Assembly: GCA_036172245.1 (NCBI GenBank)
Contig: JAYWIR010000002.1
Coordinates: 4,836,001 to 4,900,000, forward strand
Source: Raillietiella orientalis
Taxonomy: Eukaryota
Direction: 5' to 3'
DNA length: 64,000 bases
Of this stretch, positions 1 through 12,819 are shown in pieces. Both the position numbers and the translations under genes were made by a program. Each line of letters opens with the position of its first letter. The first letter of the stretch is position 1. A model generated the notes under the pieces. It was not told where the DNA came from and did no database searches. It saw only the letters and a list, made by a program, of their open reading frames with translations.

Positions 1-899
1 TATACCGTTCTCGAGGATTCCCGGCCTTGAGACCTGAGAGGCTCTGTACCACGAGGGAGCTTTTGCGGGTGTTTATTTTTGTGCTTGTGTTTTCTTGCTA
101 GGTGATGCAGCCGATGGCGGGATGATCTTCGGCCATCTCCACTGCTTCCCGCGTCACTCCATTTCTCTCTCTCTAGGACAGAACGGGTGCTGGGGCACGT
201 TGCTCCTCCTTTGGACGCGCGCTCCGTTCCGACTCCGGTCTGACCTTCGGTTCTTTCGAGACTTCGCCGTTTTCCGGAATCTCCTGGCGCCAGGGAACCT
301 GCGAACATCGCCCTGAGGGATGCTGGTGCTCCCCCTTTTCAATTTCATGTTCTTTTCCTTTTTTTTTTTCTTTGCAGGCAGAGATAGAGGCAGTGCTCTG
401 CTACAGATGAGACTGGATGAATAGAAAGGCTGAAAGGAGCATCATTTTTTTTGATTCCAGGAATTCTCCGGGTGTCACGGATCCAGTGACGCGGATCATC
501 CCTTCTCTTGCACTCAGGGTCATCATCTTCCTCTCCTGTAAGGTCAGTCTCTCGTGAACCGAAGCAAATCAGACGGGTGGAACCAGGTCTGACAGCTGCC
601 GCCATCGTCCTGCACTCAATTAGTCTCTCCCAGGGCATCAAGCATGCGTCTTTCTTCATCTACAAGATCCTCTGTGCTCCCTTCTTTGCCTGCGGGCAGT
701 ACCGACCGACTCCTTCCTTGGTCTTTCGGCGCGACGGAGGGCCAGCGCTCTCCATCTGGCCGCCCCTCATCCTCTGCTTCGTCTTCCCAGATGCTCCGGT
801 AGAAGATTCGTGGTTGCGTGGGGACTGCTACTTCCTGACTCTCCCCTGAAGCACTCATCACGGTCGTCGCATGTGTATCTGCTCTGGGGAGGGGGGGGG

Positions 900-1375
900 G
901 GGAAGGTGCCGACTCGAGGTCACCAGCTCATACCTGTCTCCAATAACCCTCTCGATCCGGGGCTACCCTAGTAGTCCCAGCAGCGCTTTGATGCATATGG
1001 GGGATGAGGAAGAAACGAGAGGGATGCCGCCCAGTTCGCAGTTCGCTTTCTGCAGCCAGAGTCCAGATGGCCCCAGCTAGGACCTGTTCGGATGGAACCA
1101 CTTGGAAAGGCATGGCTGGCATCCTGGAAAGGATTCAGACCCCCTCCAGAGGATACTAATGCCCTCTCGACCCTCCAGAGTGTTCTTATTTATTTTTATT
1201 TATTCTTCTATTTTGTTTTTCTTTTTGTTTTCTCCCGTCCCCCTCCGCTGCCGAGGTCTGCGTACCGGCGACCAGGCAGGTCCATGGACAAACAAAGTGT
1301 GGTAGTACCACACGTCCACCACAATTTATGAGTTTATTTCAAATCTTAATAAACGCTCCGGCGTGTTCGGGTGGG
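900..1375 (+). mobile_element. L1/Tx1-like LINE 3' fragment
   Basis: ggctggcatcctggaaaggattcag, T-rich tract, cgctgccg...gcgtaccg, hairpin 1299-1322 and AATAAA 1348-1353, collinear with 26870-27250. Confidence 0.6.
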
Positions 1376-1579
1376 AATCGATCCGGGCTACCAGGTCGCC
1401 AAGCCTTGCGGACACTGTTTTTCTTCCCGACAAGGAGATCGGAGATGCGTCCGAGGCTCCTCCGAGGCCACACGCTTTCCTCAGCATGTGTTCAGGGCCG
1501 CGTCCCTGGTAGACGTTGCTAACGCCAGCATCGAATCCGTAATGGGCAATCTTTGATTCGAACTCGCAACGCTTGGGTG

Positions 1580-2230
1580 CCCGCGCTAGCAGCCGTGTGG
1601 CTGTGGTCTCCGCGCGCGGCAACTGGAGTCGCGGGTTCGAATCCCTCCTGGGGAAGGAACGATGCCGAGAAATGGGGGTGCGTCGTCATGCGTTCGAGCC
1701 ATCCTCCCTGTAAGATGACGTTGGTTGGTCTTAAAGGCTTCTGGTGTGGCACTGGTGGAAGCCGGCTGTCCCCGATGACTGGCCGAGATTGGAAGTCGAC
1801 CCTCCGGGGTCCTTCCATGAATCAAGAAGATCTTGGTAGTTCCCCTCCCGTTGTAAAAATGGAGCCGTACCCCACCACCTTCCACTAGGGAGGACTGTTC
1901 TTCTCGTACCATGAATGGGTGGGTTGATGATGCCTCTCCAGAGTGCAAGAAGTGTGCCGCTCCCTTCGGGGAGCTCCCTCCAGAGAAAATGAGAAGCGTC
2001 CCTCCGGGGTTCTCTTCAGAAAAGGAAATAGGGAGCGGATCCTTTCCTGGTTCCCTTCGGAGAAGCAAACGAGGAGCGGTCTTCCCTCCAGGGGTCCCTC
2101 CGGAGAGAGTAAGGATGAGGTTTCCCTTCGGAGACAATCAAAGCGAGGGTTCCTTTCGGAGCCCTTCCTGTAATCATAGGGTGGTCCCTCAGGGGTCGCT
2201 TCCTAACTTAAAGAGCTCCACGCATTCTCG
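1580..2230 (+). mobile_element. tRNA-like-headed (SINE-like) dispersed repeat, family B copy 1
   Basis: B-box GGTTCGAATCC at 1634-1644, then aagatgacgttggttggtc, ggaagtcgacc and a body of degenerate ccc(t/c)tc(g/c)gagag subrepeats. Collinear with 13650-14360 and 58840-59510. Confidence 0.65.
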
Positions 2231-3829
2231 TGGACAGTATTAAGGAACTTTGCGACCTCCCCCCCCCCCTCTCCAAGGAGACGAACGGTTCTTCAGCTCT
2301 TGGTGACCTTGGGTTTCCACGCTGAAGAGGAGATGCACCTCCGCATGATTTTGTTTGTGCTGGGCTGTGGCCTTCTCTTGGCCTGAGTGCTTTCCGGCAG
2401 GAAAGGGTGATCTGACTGCCCGCCGTGCCGCAATTTTCGAAGATCCAGCGACCGGCAGATTGGACGTGGCACGCATCTAAATGTCCCGGAACGGAGGATT
2501 GTGGATGGGACGCAGCGGTGAACCGCTGTTCCACACCCTCCATAGAGCATGGAACGCGAGGCTGGACGAGATATGATGCTAAGAGAGAGAGGAAGGAAGG
2601 CTCTTTTTTTTTTCCATCTGTGCAAAGGCCCCCAGAAGCAGCGTCTCGCAGGAGGGTGCAAGATCGCAACTTGTCGCGGGGTCTCCGAAGGGTGGTCGTC
2701 ACGACCTTCTGGAAGGAAGGCGATGCAAAGGAGAGAGGACCGACGTCGGGTTCCGCGCCTCCGCAAATGTCTCTGTGGCTTCCCGATACCGCTCGAAACG
2801 CTGTTCCAGACACCAGGAAGAGAGGGGCAACAGTTGGACTGAAAGCACTGGCTTCCTTTTCGAAGAAGAAAGAGGGCAACGGTGTGGGTCTCGCTAGTCC
2901 TCCACGGGCCCCGGTCGAGAACTGCTCAAGAACTCAAGTCGCCTCACCGCAAATACGGGAGGCGAAGGAGGTGCTCAGCATGGGAAAGCTGGAAGTACCC
3001 TGAAGACGAAGATGAAATCGCTGAAGCAACTGGCTCCAAGCTGTTGTTTCTGCATCCATGGTGGAGGCTTGCTTCCGACCAGCGCGGAGGCGCCGGGAAA
3101 CCACAGCTTGACCACTAGAAGCACTCTGTGTGGGTCCCTGGGTCCAAACGGGTTGTTATTGGCCTGTCATCGGGCGCGCTCTGCATGTGCAGATGCGTGA
3201 AAGAGATAGTCGCGACAAACAGAATGCGGTTTTACCACACCCTGCCTGTCCTTCGGCACCCGAAAGGTGACGAGCTGCGCCTCGAATTTGGTCCGGTCAA
3301 ACGCTCGTTACTCGGGGAGAAGCGCAGCTGAGAGGGATGGCAGCAGGCACTCTTCCCTCTCTGCGGGTAGAGACCAATTAACGCCAATTAACGCCTGATC
3401 ATCTACGCCCTTATCCACACCGATCAGATGGATGTGTCCGTGCAACGACGTTCACACGCGCGGATACGCCGCACATCCTAAGAACTCCTGTAGCGCACAT
3501 AGACGAATGCCAGAGGGGAAGGCCCGCAGCGCTCCTAATGTGCAATCCAGTCGCAAGAGCTGGGCGCGTAGGGGCGAATCGAACAACCTAGTGCTGGCTG
3601 GTTCCCTCGGAAGTTTCCCTGAGGATGGTTGACGCTCGTCGAAGACGAAGGGAAGAGGGGAATCTCATCCGGTAAAGAGCATGGTCAAATGACATCGACC
3701 CGTACTCAAGCTTTGAATAAGTGAGAAGTTGGCTCGCTTGAACGCCCAAGCTCGGATTATCGGACCCATGAACGTCCCGTAGGTCCATTTTGGTGAGCGC
3801 TGTGGGATGAACCGAACGCTGGGCTTTTC

Positions 3830-4670
3830 CACCGTTTTTGCCGGGGTATCTATTATAAAAATGAAAATGTATACATTTTTATATCATTATAAAGATGTGT
3901 ACTTTTTTGGTGGAACATTTGGTTCTAGCAGGTACAAAAAAAAAGAAAGTTCTCTCCCACTTGCCACCTGGGGTCCGGTGCGGGGACATGAGGGGTGGGG
4001 AGAAACAAAACAAAAATAAACGAAAAAGTTATAAAGTTGTTTGTTGGGGGAGAGGGAGGAGGAGGCTGGGCAGGGGTCCCTGTGTGTCCTGCGATGTCCC
4101 GTTCATCCTCTGGAGGATGCTGGAAAGTTGGCGTTTGTCGCTTCCCTGATGGGGCCATTTCGCGGCGATCCTCGAAAAGAGTTTCGTCCACTGGGTGGCA
4201 CCTCTGTCGGTCTGGCCTCTTCTCGCGGCGTTCCACGCCGCCGCTGTCCCTCGATATGCAGCAAACGGTTGCTACGCATGTGGCTCGTGGCAAAGCTTCA
4301 CGCAAGAAGAGGCGCTCGACAACCTCACTGGATTGCTCCAGGGGATCCAGAGGGCCATCGCCAAACGTTCCCACAGGGGTCGGAGCGCAACAAAGTCAGG
4401 AAGCAAATGCGGGAGGGTCTCCCTTCCCCCGCACCTGCACTCTTCCGGGTCCAGTGATGAAGGCGCGCTTTGCACGGAATTCCACAATGCAGCAGCAGTA
4501 ACGTCGATTCCTGCCACTGGAGAGAAAGTGTTCTGCTGTCCTGCAAATCCAGGGGTCACATCAGAAATTCTGGAGGAATCCCCAGCAGCTCGCACCAGCG
4601 GAGAAGTCCTTTGGATGGGACACACGGGATCGCAGCGTCCTCCAGTTGCCGAGTTGTCCACTCACCCAGA
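3830..4670 (-). mobile_element. L1/Tx1-like LINE 3' fragment
   Basis: LLLLHCGIPCKARLHHWTRK and CGGRETLPHLLPDFVALRPLWERL align by eye with the 26245 copy. Degenerate terminal hairpin near 3907-3929. Confidence 0.7.
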
Positions 4671-5399
4671 TGTTTCTTTTTTTTTTGCTGCAGTGCAGCA
4701 GGACACTTCTACTTTGCTGGAAGGTCACTGTCCCTTGATTCCCTGGGGGGGGGGGGCGAGGACAAGAGTAAGAGGCAAGGCTAAGGGACAAGAGGAGGAG
4801 TTGAACCAAGACCACAGAATCTTGCGCTGGTTGTTTGTGATCTCCCGCAACGACTGGCGAGTGCTTCTGCCGCTCTGCGGACAAGCAAACTCAGCCTCGC
4901 TCGTGCCATTGGTCTTTCCCCACGGACCAACGGACTCTGAAGCCAGGCAGCTCAGTCCGAGAGAAAGGCAGGAGATCCAGTTTTTTTCCTCTACCGAGGA
5001 AATAGGCCGGGCACATTTGCCGAAGTTGATGGCCATGGCGCCTTGAACTCTGTTCGTGGGCCACGAGGACCCGATAACAGTCCGTCGCATCCAGTTGCTC
5101 TCTTAGTGAGGAGGCGTGCTAGCAAGCACCAAGGCGTGGTCCATGACTTAGCTGCAAGGGCAAGTCTTCGAAGTTGGAGCCGACGTCCCATCCGCTCTGG
5201 AGTCAGGAGGCCCAGCCCACCTCCCTACGTGGAACTCACAGGTCTTTTTTATCGGACTCTAGACCTTTCTGTGTGAACGTTGGGTTACGGCGCCCGATGC
5301 GACACTCACCAGATCCCACGAGAGGTGCTGGCTGCTATGGATAAAAGAATGGTGGCCATGGAGGTCGGAATCTGCTGAGTGTGTGACGACCCGCCGGCC

Positions 5400-6200
5400 G
5401 AAGCAACCGGCCCTGAAGACGGACGGCACTGAAGCGTCCAGCCAGCATCCAACCTCCGCGACATCGGTATGAAGTGACCCCCAGCATGCCGAAATAGTGG
5501 CGTCCCCTCCCCTCCCACAGGAGTTGGCGTTGCTGATGGTGCATGGGGGAATCCCGTGCAAAGTCTGCCTCCACTAGTGGATACGGGGGAGGGTGGGTGC
5601 TGAGTGAGACAGGCGTAAGAAGAAGAAGACCTTCCCGCACCTGCTGCCATCCGATCCCTTTGGGATCGCCTAGAGACGACCCTTGCAATCCCAGTGAGCG
5701 GCCCCAGGGACATTTTGAAACATCTTCGTGAGCGGGATCTCACTGCCACCGGCTGCGTCCTTTGCAGTTCTCTGCCGTTCTCGCGGGATGGTGGCGGTCT
5801 GGAACGCAGGAAGAGGAGGGCGGAATGGAAGGGACGCTGTCCACCGGAAGAGGGAGTCTTCTTGAGAACCGCAACGAGATGGCCCCACCTGGGCAACATA
5901 TGGAGCAATTCTGTCAGCATCCTCAATCGGTGGCAGTGGACGCCTGGCAGCGAGCAGGAATCCCTTCCTCAGCTCCCGCCCCTCTTCCCCCTCTCCCCTC
6001 TTTCCTCTTCCTTTCCCGCCCTTTTCTTTGTTTTTTTACTTTGTTTTCGCATCTCCCCTCCCCCTTGCTGCCGAAGCGGATCTCACCGGGCTGTTCACCG
6101 GCATTGGGCAAGTTTTACTTAACTCCTTCAGTACTGTGGTAGAACACGTGGTTCTACCACTGATGTATGATAAGTGCGCCGGCAAAAGCGGATGAGAAAC
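5400..6200 (+). mobile_element. L1/Tx1-like LINE 3' fragment
   Basis: tgcatgggggaatcccgtgcaa...ccttcccgcacctgct...gagatggccccacctggg...cagcatcct, T-rich tract and a perfect hairpin at 6136-6160. Confidence 0.7.
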
Positions 6201-7539
6201 TTCCGGGATGAAATGGTTCCGCCGCTGTTCAGGTCACAGGAACCCTGTGCATGACTGTACGCTGACTCCACAAAGGAAAGGGCAAATTTGTGTGCCTCGT
6301 CCTGGCTGCCCTGGGCTCATGTAGGCCGTGCGTTGTTTGCAACAACGTGAAGCTTAGTGCAACGGTTGTAGGTTCGTGAGTATATGCGAAAGGGGGTGCC
6401 ATTAATGAGCGCGTCGAGGCCTCGAGGGAGCACTCTACTGATCAACAAGGACGACAGAAGATGAGGTGCTGAGAGGGAAGAACACGCTCCTGATGCTGCT
6501 GCCTCCTAGCATCCGAAAAGACCTGGCCAGCGAAGGCCGGAGACTCTTCGTTGACCAGGTGTTTTCCAGGGCTCATGGACAGTTCCAGGGGTTTCAAAGA
6601 CAAAATCAATAGAGTGCCTACCGGTTGTTTGCACCTTCGAGGAGGAAGAAGAAAGAAAGAAGGACATCAGATGAAAAGAGCCATCAGGTCATGGAAAGGG
6701 AAGAGGCACCTGACAGCTCCAATGATCAGGAGATGTTTCTGTTCTGAGTTTGAACTGCCCCCATTGGATACCTAGAGGAATAAGGAGCAGGTAGAGGAGG
6801 GAGCCAGGGAAATCCTGGAGACCGTTGATGGGAAAGGCAGAGGAGGGCTCTGAATTTGGCGATGGAGACGAGCGATCAGCCGAGATGAATGCTGGGGCTC
6901 TCCTTGAGATGCAGCGAAGTTTCCACTAAGCAACGTACTACCCTCACGCCGATAGCTGCTGGCAATCTCGAAGAGGCCATGTCCAGAGAAGAGGTCGTCT
7001 TCTCCGGCCCTCATCTTCGCACGATTGTGTTTCCGGCAACTTCCTCTTCCTCTGGTTGGCAGTACCGATGGGAGGGAATGAGGGTTTTGTGCAGAAACGA
7101 CGGACGCTTCGTAGGCTCCACCTATGCAAACAGGGTTATCCTCGGCAGTCGGAAGGAAACATGTGTGAGGGTCGGGTTCCGCGTCCTTATGGACGCGGCT
7201 TCCCAGCACCACCGGAAGTGCTGCTCCGAACGCCGGGAAGGAAGGAGGTAGCAGCTGGACTGCAAGCAATGCCTTTTTTCTTAGGAGACGAGCGGGCAAC
7301 GATGTGGGTCCCTCTCGTCCTTCCCACGCGAACCCATTCCGAAAGCCGACCCGAGGACGAGGTCCATGGAACGGGAGCGTGGGAGTGTGGTCGAGGGTGG
7401 GACTTCTTTCTCTTCGGTCGGGAACGGTTAGTTCGTCCCTTCGGGTGAAACGGGGTTGGAACGTTCCCACCTGGAAAGTGCGCCACCCGGTTGCGCTGGG
7501 GCGTTCGCCGAACTCGGAAAACTCGGAAGTGGGAGAAGA

Positions 7540-8300
7540 GATGTGGCACTCCTGGTCCTGCCACGTCCAGGGTCGCTCGGGAACGTGACGAGGTGCGGCA
7601 CGCCGACCTGCGAGGTCCTCCACGGCAGCACGAAAGGCGAGGGGAGGGGGGAAGAGAACGAACAAACAGAAAATAAAAGCAAAAAATGTGGAAACTTTGA
7701 GGTGGGGTGGGGATCGGGGAAGGGGTCCCACATTGTTGAGGGATGGGTGGGGTGTGCTCTTCATCCTCTGGGGGATGCCAACAAGCTTCTCCTACATGGT
7801 TACGAGATGGGGTCATCTTGGAGCGATCCTCAAGGAAGCGAATGGCGAAGTGGATGGTGTCCCTGCCGTCCTGGCCTCTTCCGGTGGAGATCCGGGACGT
7901 CCCAGTCACGCGAAGGCAGCAGTGAGCGACGCGTCCGGCTGCGGCGTGTCCAGCACGAAGAGGCGCTTCGAGGCATACCGCTGGGGTTTTCCGCAGGGGA
8001 GAGGAGGACAAGTGCAAGGAAGACTCGATTCCTCTCGCCCTTGCCGCACAGTTCGGACCTGCACCGGCGGGTGTTGTGCAGGAGGCTTCCCAGTATGCAA
8101 CGTCAGCGGAGTCACTCCAAGGGAAGGTGAACCTGCATGCCGCGGGCAGCACCAGATCTTCCGGGGGAACGTCCAGAAGTGCTGCCCAGCGGAGTAGTCT
8201 TTTTGCGTCCTGAGCACTCGGGGTGCCAGTGTCTGTGAGCTCGCCTGGAGGCCACCTCCCGAGGGGTTTCTGTGCGCTCGCAATCCTGCAGGTAACCTCC
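7540..8300 (-). mobile_element. L1/Tx1-like LINE 3' fragment
   Basis: GQDGRDTIHFAIRFLEDRSKM matches GQDDRDAIYFAVFFMKIASRW of the 26245 copy. Terminal hairpin gtggca..tgccac at 7543-7564. Confidence 0.65.
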
Positions 8301-10334
8301 CACCATGCCGACGGTGAGCTGCCATTTCGCTCCCTTAGGGAAGGGGACCCTTCAGAGAGGGGGCGTTCCCACCTGGGACGCTGCGTCGGTCGACGGCTCT
8401 TCCCAGAAAGCAGGGGAGCTGAGATCTCTCCCTACCTTCCTGAACAGATAGGGTCTCCTTCCTTCCAGTGGATGCGTGGGGGGAGGACGGGACGTCGCGA
8501 CCCTGTCTCGGGGAACTCGTGATGGGGACGGACTGTGGGTTGCCTCCCGAAGGCTGCCGCTACGCCCGAAGAAGCCGCAGCACACCTTAGCGGCGTTCCC
8601 GACAGGGGGAGAGACGTGGCGTGAGGGCAGGGTTCGGCGTGATCCGAGGAAGCAAAGGAAGCCGAGGGCACTCCTCACAAAAGCCCAGAACGCCTCGTGT
8701 CATCCGCCCCACGCAGAGAGGGTGGCCATCTCCAGAGACCAGAAAGGTGCAGGGCAACGGTGGCGCCATCTTATTCTGGCCGGCGGACTAAGGGGGGGGG
8801 AGCGGGCAAAGTGACGGACAGCAAGTAGACAGGCGGCGATCCAGGCAGGAGTCTCTTCTGCAGAGCGGGGAGTTCTCATCCCGCTCTTTCGCTGGGTCTC
8901 TCCTCCACCGGGAACGGGGCGAATTCCCTGATGTCAGCCTCTCCAATCCGCCTCGGAACCAGTTCGTCGCCTCCTCCGGCGCCCACTTCGCATCTTCCGG
9001 GAGAGTCTGCGAGCCCGCAAACCTGCGGAGATTGTCTTCCCCTCCCCCAATTCCCTTCTTCTCCCCGCCTCTTCCTCGCCCGGCAGATCGAATGAAACTC
9101 CTCTCCTCCATTTGCTTTTCTGGCAGCATCAATTGCCTCTGGTGTTTGCTGTTCGTTCCAATAGTCTCGATCAACATGCCCCGAGATCACGTGTCCATTT
9201 CTGTCGCCATGGGACGCAGCATCTTGCTGAGGAACGGTGAAAAAAATTCACCCATGCTTTCGAGTGTTTGCTTTCGCGGGCTCCTCCGCTTTTCTCAACT
9301 CCCCTTCCCCCTCTCCCACGTCCCGGTTGGATTTGATCGAGCGCAATCCGACGACTCCACAAGTGGATCGCCGTATTGCATAGCGGACTCGAAACCTCTG
9401 CCCCCTTCTCATCCCCCCTTGACCACGGCCATCGGGTCCGCAGGCGGCAGCCCACCCGGCGTTGGAGGCTCCGGACGAGTCGCCTTCTCTTCGGAAAGGG
9501 AAACGAGAGAAGAGCGCGCCTCGGGAGATTTCCCCGTCGCTCCCTTCATCTTGTTGCTCGCCCAGGGACTTGGACTATCGGCTCTTGCCGCCCCGATCAT
9601 GGAGGGGCCCGCATGCCGAGGGTGACCTTCGCTTTCTTGGCACGTCGCTCACGGACGTTCTCGAACAGGACAACCAGGAAGCCCCAAGGAAGATCCTAGT
9701 GGCTTCAGGTCGGGGGAGGTTTCCGCCCGTCTCACGGATGGATGTTCCCAGACCGATGCCGGCGCGCGGGAGCGGATGAAAGAAGGAGAGTCTTCTGGTG
9801 GGATGAAAGGAAAGAAAAGAGAGATGATACAGAGCCGTAATAAGAGGACAAGCCAGCGGGACAAAGCTCGAGAGGCCGCAGAGGAGTGAAACTTCCGCGG
9901 ACGAATCCCCTGTGGGGACTAAAGGGCAGCCACGCGTAGCTGCAGGCAACAGAAAAGGCACTCGTTCTTGTCCGGCACCCACAGAAGAATCCTGGAAGCG
10001 TCCGGGATCTGCGATTTTCAGAGCTTCTGGAGAGCCTCCAAGGAGGTCCGTGCTTTCGGATGAGAGGGGGGATCGAATCTGGATCCGGGAACCTCCTGAG
10101 CTACCTGAAGCCGGCGTCGGTCAGTTTCTCCCTGTGCAAAGAACCGACGGGCGAGAACCCCCTGCGACTTTGCGCCATCAGCGGCTTTTCCTCGGCAGCA
10201 TCATGAGTGGAAAGCTGGGAACAGAGACATCTCCTCTTTCTCGTCTTTCCTAGAGGGAAGCCGAGGAATGGATCAGAGGACGCAATCGTTGGGAAGAGTA
10301 GGCAGCAGAACGGAACCAAGCACGAGAATGGCGC

Positions 10335-10475
10335 TAAAAAGGAAAAGAGGAGGAGGAGAAAGAGGAAGAGGAGGAGATAGAGGAGGAGGAAAGGAGGATA
10401 AGGAAGAAGAGGAGAAGGGGGAAGAGGAGGAAGGAAGAGTAGAAGGAAGAGAAAGGGAGAAGATAGAGGTGAAAG
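10335..10475 (+). repeat. Polypurine (GAG/GAA) low-complexity tract
   Basis: Almost exclusively G and A for ~140 nt. Confidence 0.85.
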
Positions 10476-12049
10476 AGCCCTGGCTTGATGTCTGAGTCCG
10501 ATCAGTCCACGTCTGCAAGTGTCGTTTGAGGGAGGAGGAGGGGGGAGAAAGTGAGGGGCAGCTGTTTTCAGGTGGGGTCAGCCAAGACAGATGAGGTCAG
10601 CAGCAGCACAAGAACGTCGTCATCTTGACGGGCTACCAGTATATCCCGCAAACTTGTGGAGTCTGCTCGAGCTCCGAGGGTGCGCCGGAAGCGAGCCATC
10701 AACCAACGTCCACACTGGCCAACATAACGCTTCCCCAGCGGGAACGGCACAATCGCGCGCAGTCCCATCTCACGTGCGTGAATTCGATTCCCTCCCTCTC
10801 CCCAATTCCCTTTGTAGGCGATGAATTTCTCAGGCACTTGAACGAAGGGGATTCATGGACGGGGGAGGAGGGGTAAAAGGAGAAGAGAGGAGGAGGGGGA
10901 AGAAAAAGAGCTACCGCATCAGGGATAATGGTTCGCGGCTAGCAGCATCCGGACGCCGAGGAAGGGGGTTAAGACACGCACGCGACTCACTTCGGCATCC
11001 CGCGTCCCTCGTCATCGGGAAGAGCGATCTTCCCACGGGAGTGCCGCTCGCGTGGGAGGGAGACGCTCTCCCAGCTTACCGCTCTCCGGGCACGCCCAGA
11101 GTCTGCACCGCCCCGAGCGCAAATCGGGGTGGGAAGGAGGCATCCCACCGCCTTGGATAGCGGGGAGGAGGTTGGAGAGAGAAGGTCGGCATCCCGGTCT
11201 TCTCCGGGAGGAGGAGGCGGTCCACCTCCCGAGGTCGAGGCCGCGGAGCGTGTAGGGGCTGGATCGTCCGAAGCTCCGCACAGCCCTTTCCAGGTCCGGA
11301 AGGGGGAACCGGGTGGGAAGGTCTGAGGCGTTCCCGACGACGGTCCCGTCAGCTCGAGCCCGGGAAGGCACGGAGAAGACGCACGCGACCGCGCTTTCTG
11401 CCATCCGCCTTCCCTCAGTGGGGGGTGGGGGGAAGGGGCAGAAGGGCTGGGTGTCAACCTCCTCCTACTCGGCAGCGGTCAGCGCGCGTTGATTCCCCAA
11501 GACCGGTGGAGCGTCTGATCCGTCGCAGGCCGTCCGGATCGCTCCCTCCCTCCTCCCCTCCTCCCCTTCTTTCCTCCCGATGATCTCGAAGATCCTGTCG
11601 CTGATCAGCGGACACGCGCTGCAAGGTTGAGATTGGGAGCGACGTGACCGGAATGAAGACGGCGGCGCACGCGAGGACCTGGGATGGGGCGCGATCAGCT
11701 TCCGGATCACGGACGAGGGCACTGACACTCGCGCGAGCGCCCCCTGCAAGAGCGACCCGTCGCGCGGCGAGCTCCCGGTGTGCAGAAGGACGACTGCTAC
11801 ACGCGACGACCCGCGGGCGAGCCTCTTCCACCCCTCTTCCCCCTGCAAGAACTGCCCGACGCGACGAAGCAGACCATTTTGAGGATCCGCGGAGGGAGGG
11901 TTTTGACTGGAAGGCCGTCATCGGAGGCAGCCGCCGCTTCCCCTCCGTCGACTTCCGATGGAGGTCTTTCTTCCCTCTGACCGCAGTTTTGCCCTTCCCC
12001 CTTTGCGGGGCGAACGAAGACGTTGCTCTCGGATGCTGAGTTCCTTCCT

Positions 12050-12133
12050 CGGTGCGGCTTCTCGAGAGCATCGGACAGATCAGCGGAGTGGGTGAACTCG
12101 AAGCAAAGGGTCAACAAAAGGCAGAATGACCTG
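12050..12133 (+). repeat. Short dispersed repeat; inverted diverged copy at ~14410-14490
   Basis: ctcgagagcatcggacagatcagcggagtgggtgaa...caaagggtcaacaaaaggcagaatgacc matches the reverse complement of 14410-14483. Confidence 0.6.
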
Positions 12134-12819
12134 TTTTTTTTTTTAATTGTCTGGAAGGTTCATGCAAGACTCACGATGAATGCCCGGATGGACACTGCAC
12201 CTCCTCCACAGGTCTGGGACCTCATCGGTCCTGAGTTGCGCATTTTTCCCTTTTCACCAACAGTGGAGGAACGGGGGCGTCACCGAGGCCCGGCGACCTA
12301 GTCATCACGAACTTGACCTCGTACCGGATGGGTGGTGGCGACGGCGATCTTTGATGGTATCGTGGACCACCACCAGGATGATCGGTTCAGCGTCCTGCAG
12401 AACGGAGGCGTTGTCGAGGGGAACCCGTCCGCTGCTGCCGAGGCGACATCGACCGGTCCACGCCGTGGCCTCTCGCCAGCGTTTGGCACGGGAAAGGAAT
12501 GCGGGAGAAGGAGCTGTTGCCTAGGAGAAGATGGATGAGGCCTCCGCGTTTCCTGGAGAAGAGGACCCATAGGCCCTCAAATGAGGCTCCTCCTGGTGCC
12601 GTTGGCGGCGGCCCTGTACCAGGGGACCGAGGTGCTCCCGAAGGGACCCTCGTCCGTCTCCAAGGACTTCCTCCATACGCCTTCCAGGTCCACCCGCGCG
12701 AAACGAGGCAGTGCGCAGCGAAGATGGCTGCAAGCAGGGAGCGAAGGACGAGGCACTCACGCCCTTCTGACCTGGTTTTCCATCCGGTTGTTCCGGAGCA
12801 CTTATTAAAAAAAATAATA

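Noticed and set aside
1581..1655. tRNA gene
   Set aside because: B-box and T-arm-like sequence is present, but there is no convincing cloverleaf or acceptor stem, and it heads a dispersed repeat.
1950..2200. CRISPR-like repeat-spacer array
   Set aside because: Units are degenerate and irregularly spaced, the context is eukaryotic and no cas genes are present.
3588..3788. YSKLEYGS resembling a jockey/I-clade RT thumb motif
   Set aside because: Single short match without the expected neighbouring motifs.
6772..8152. 330-aa and 321-aa minus-strand ORFs
   Set aside because: They read through decayed LINE 3' UTR and flank; not a coherent protein.
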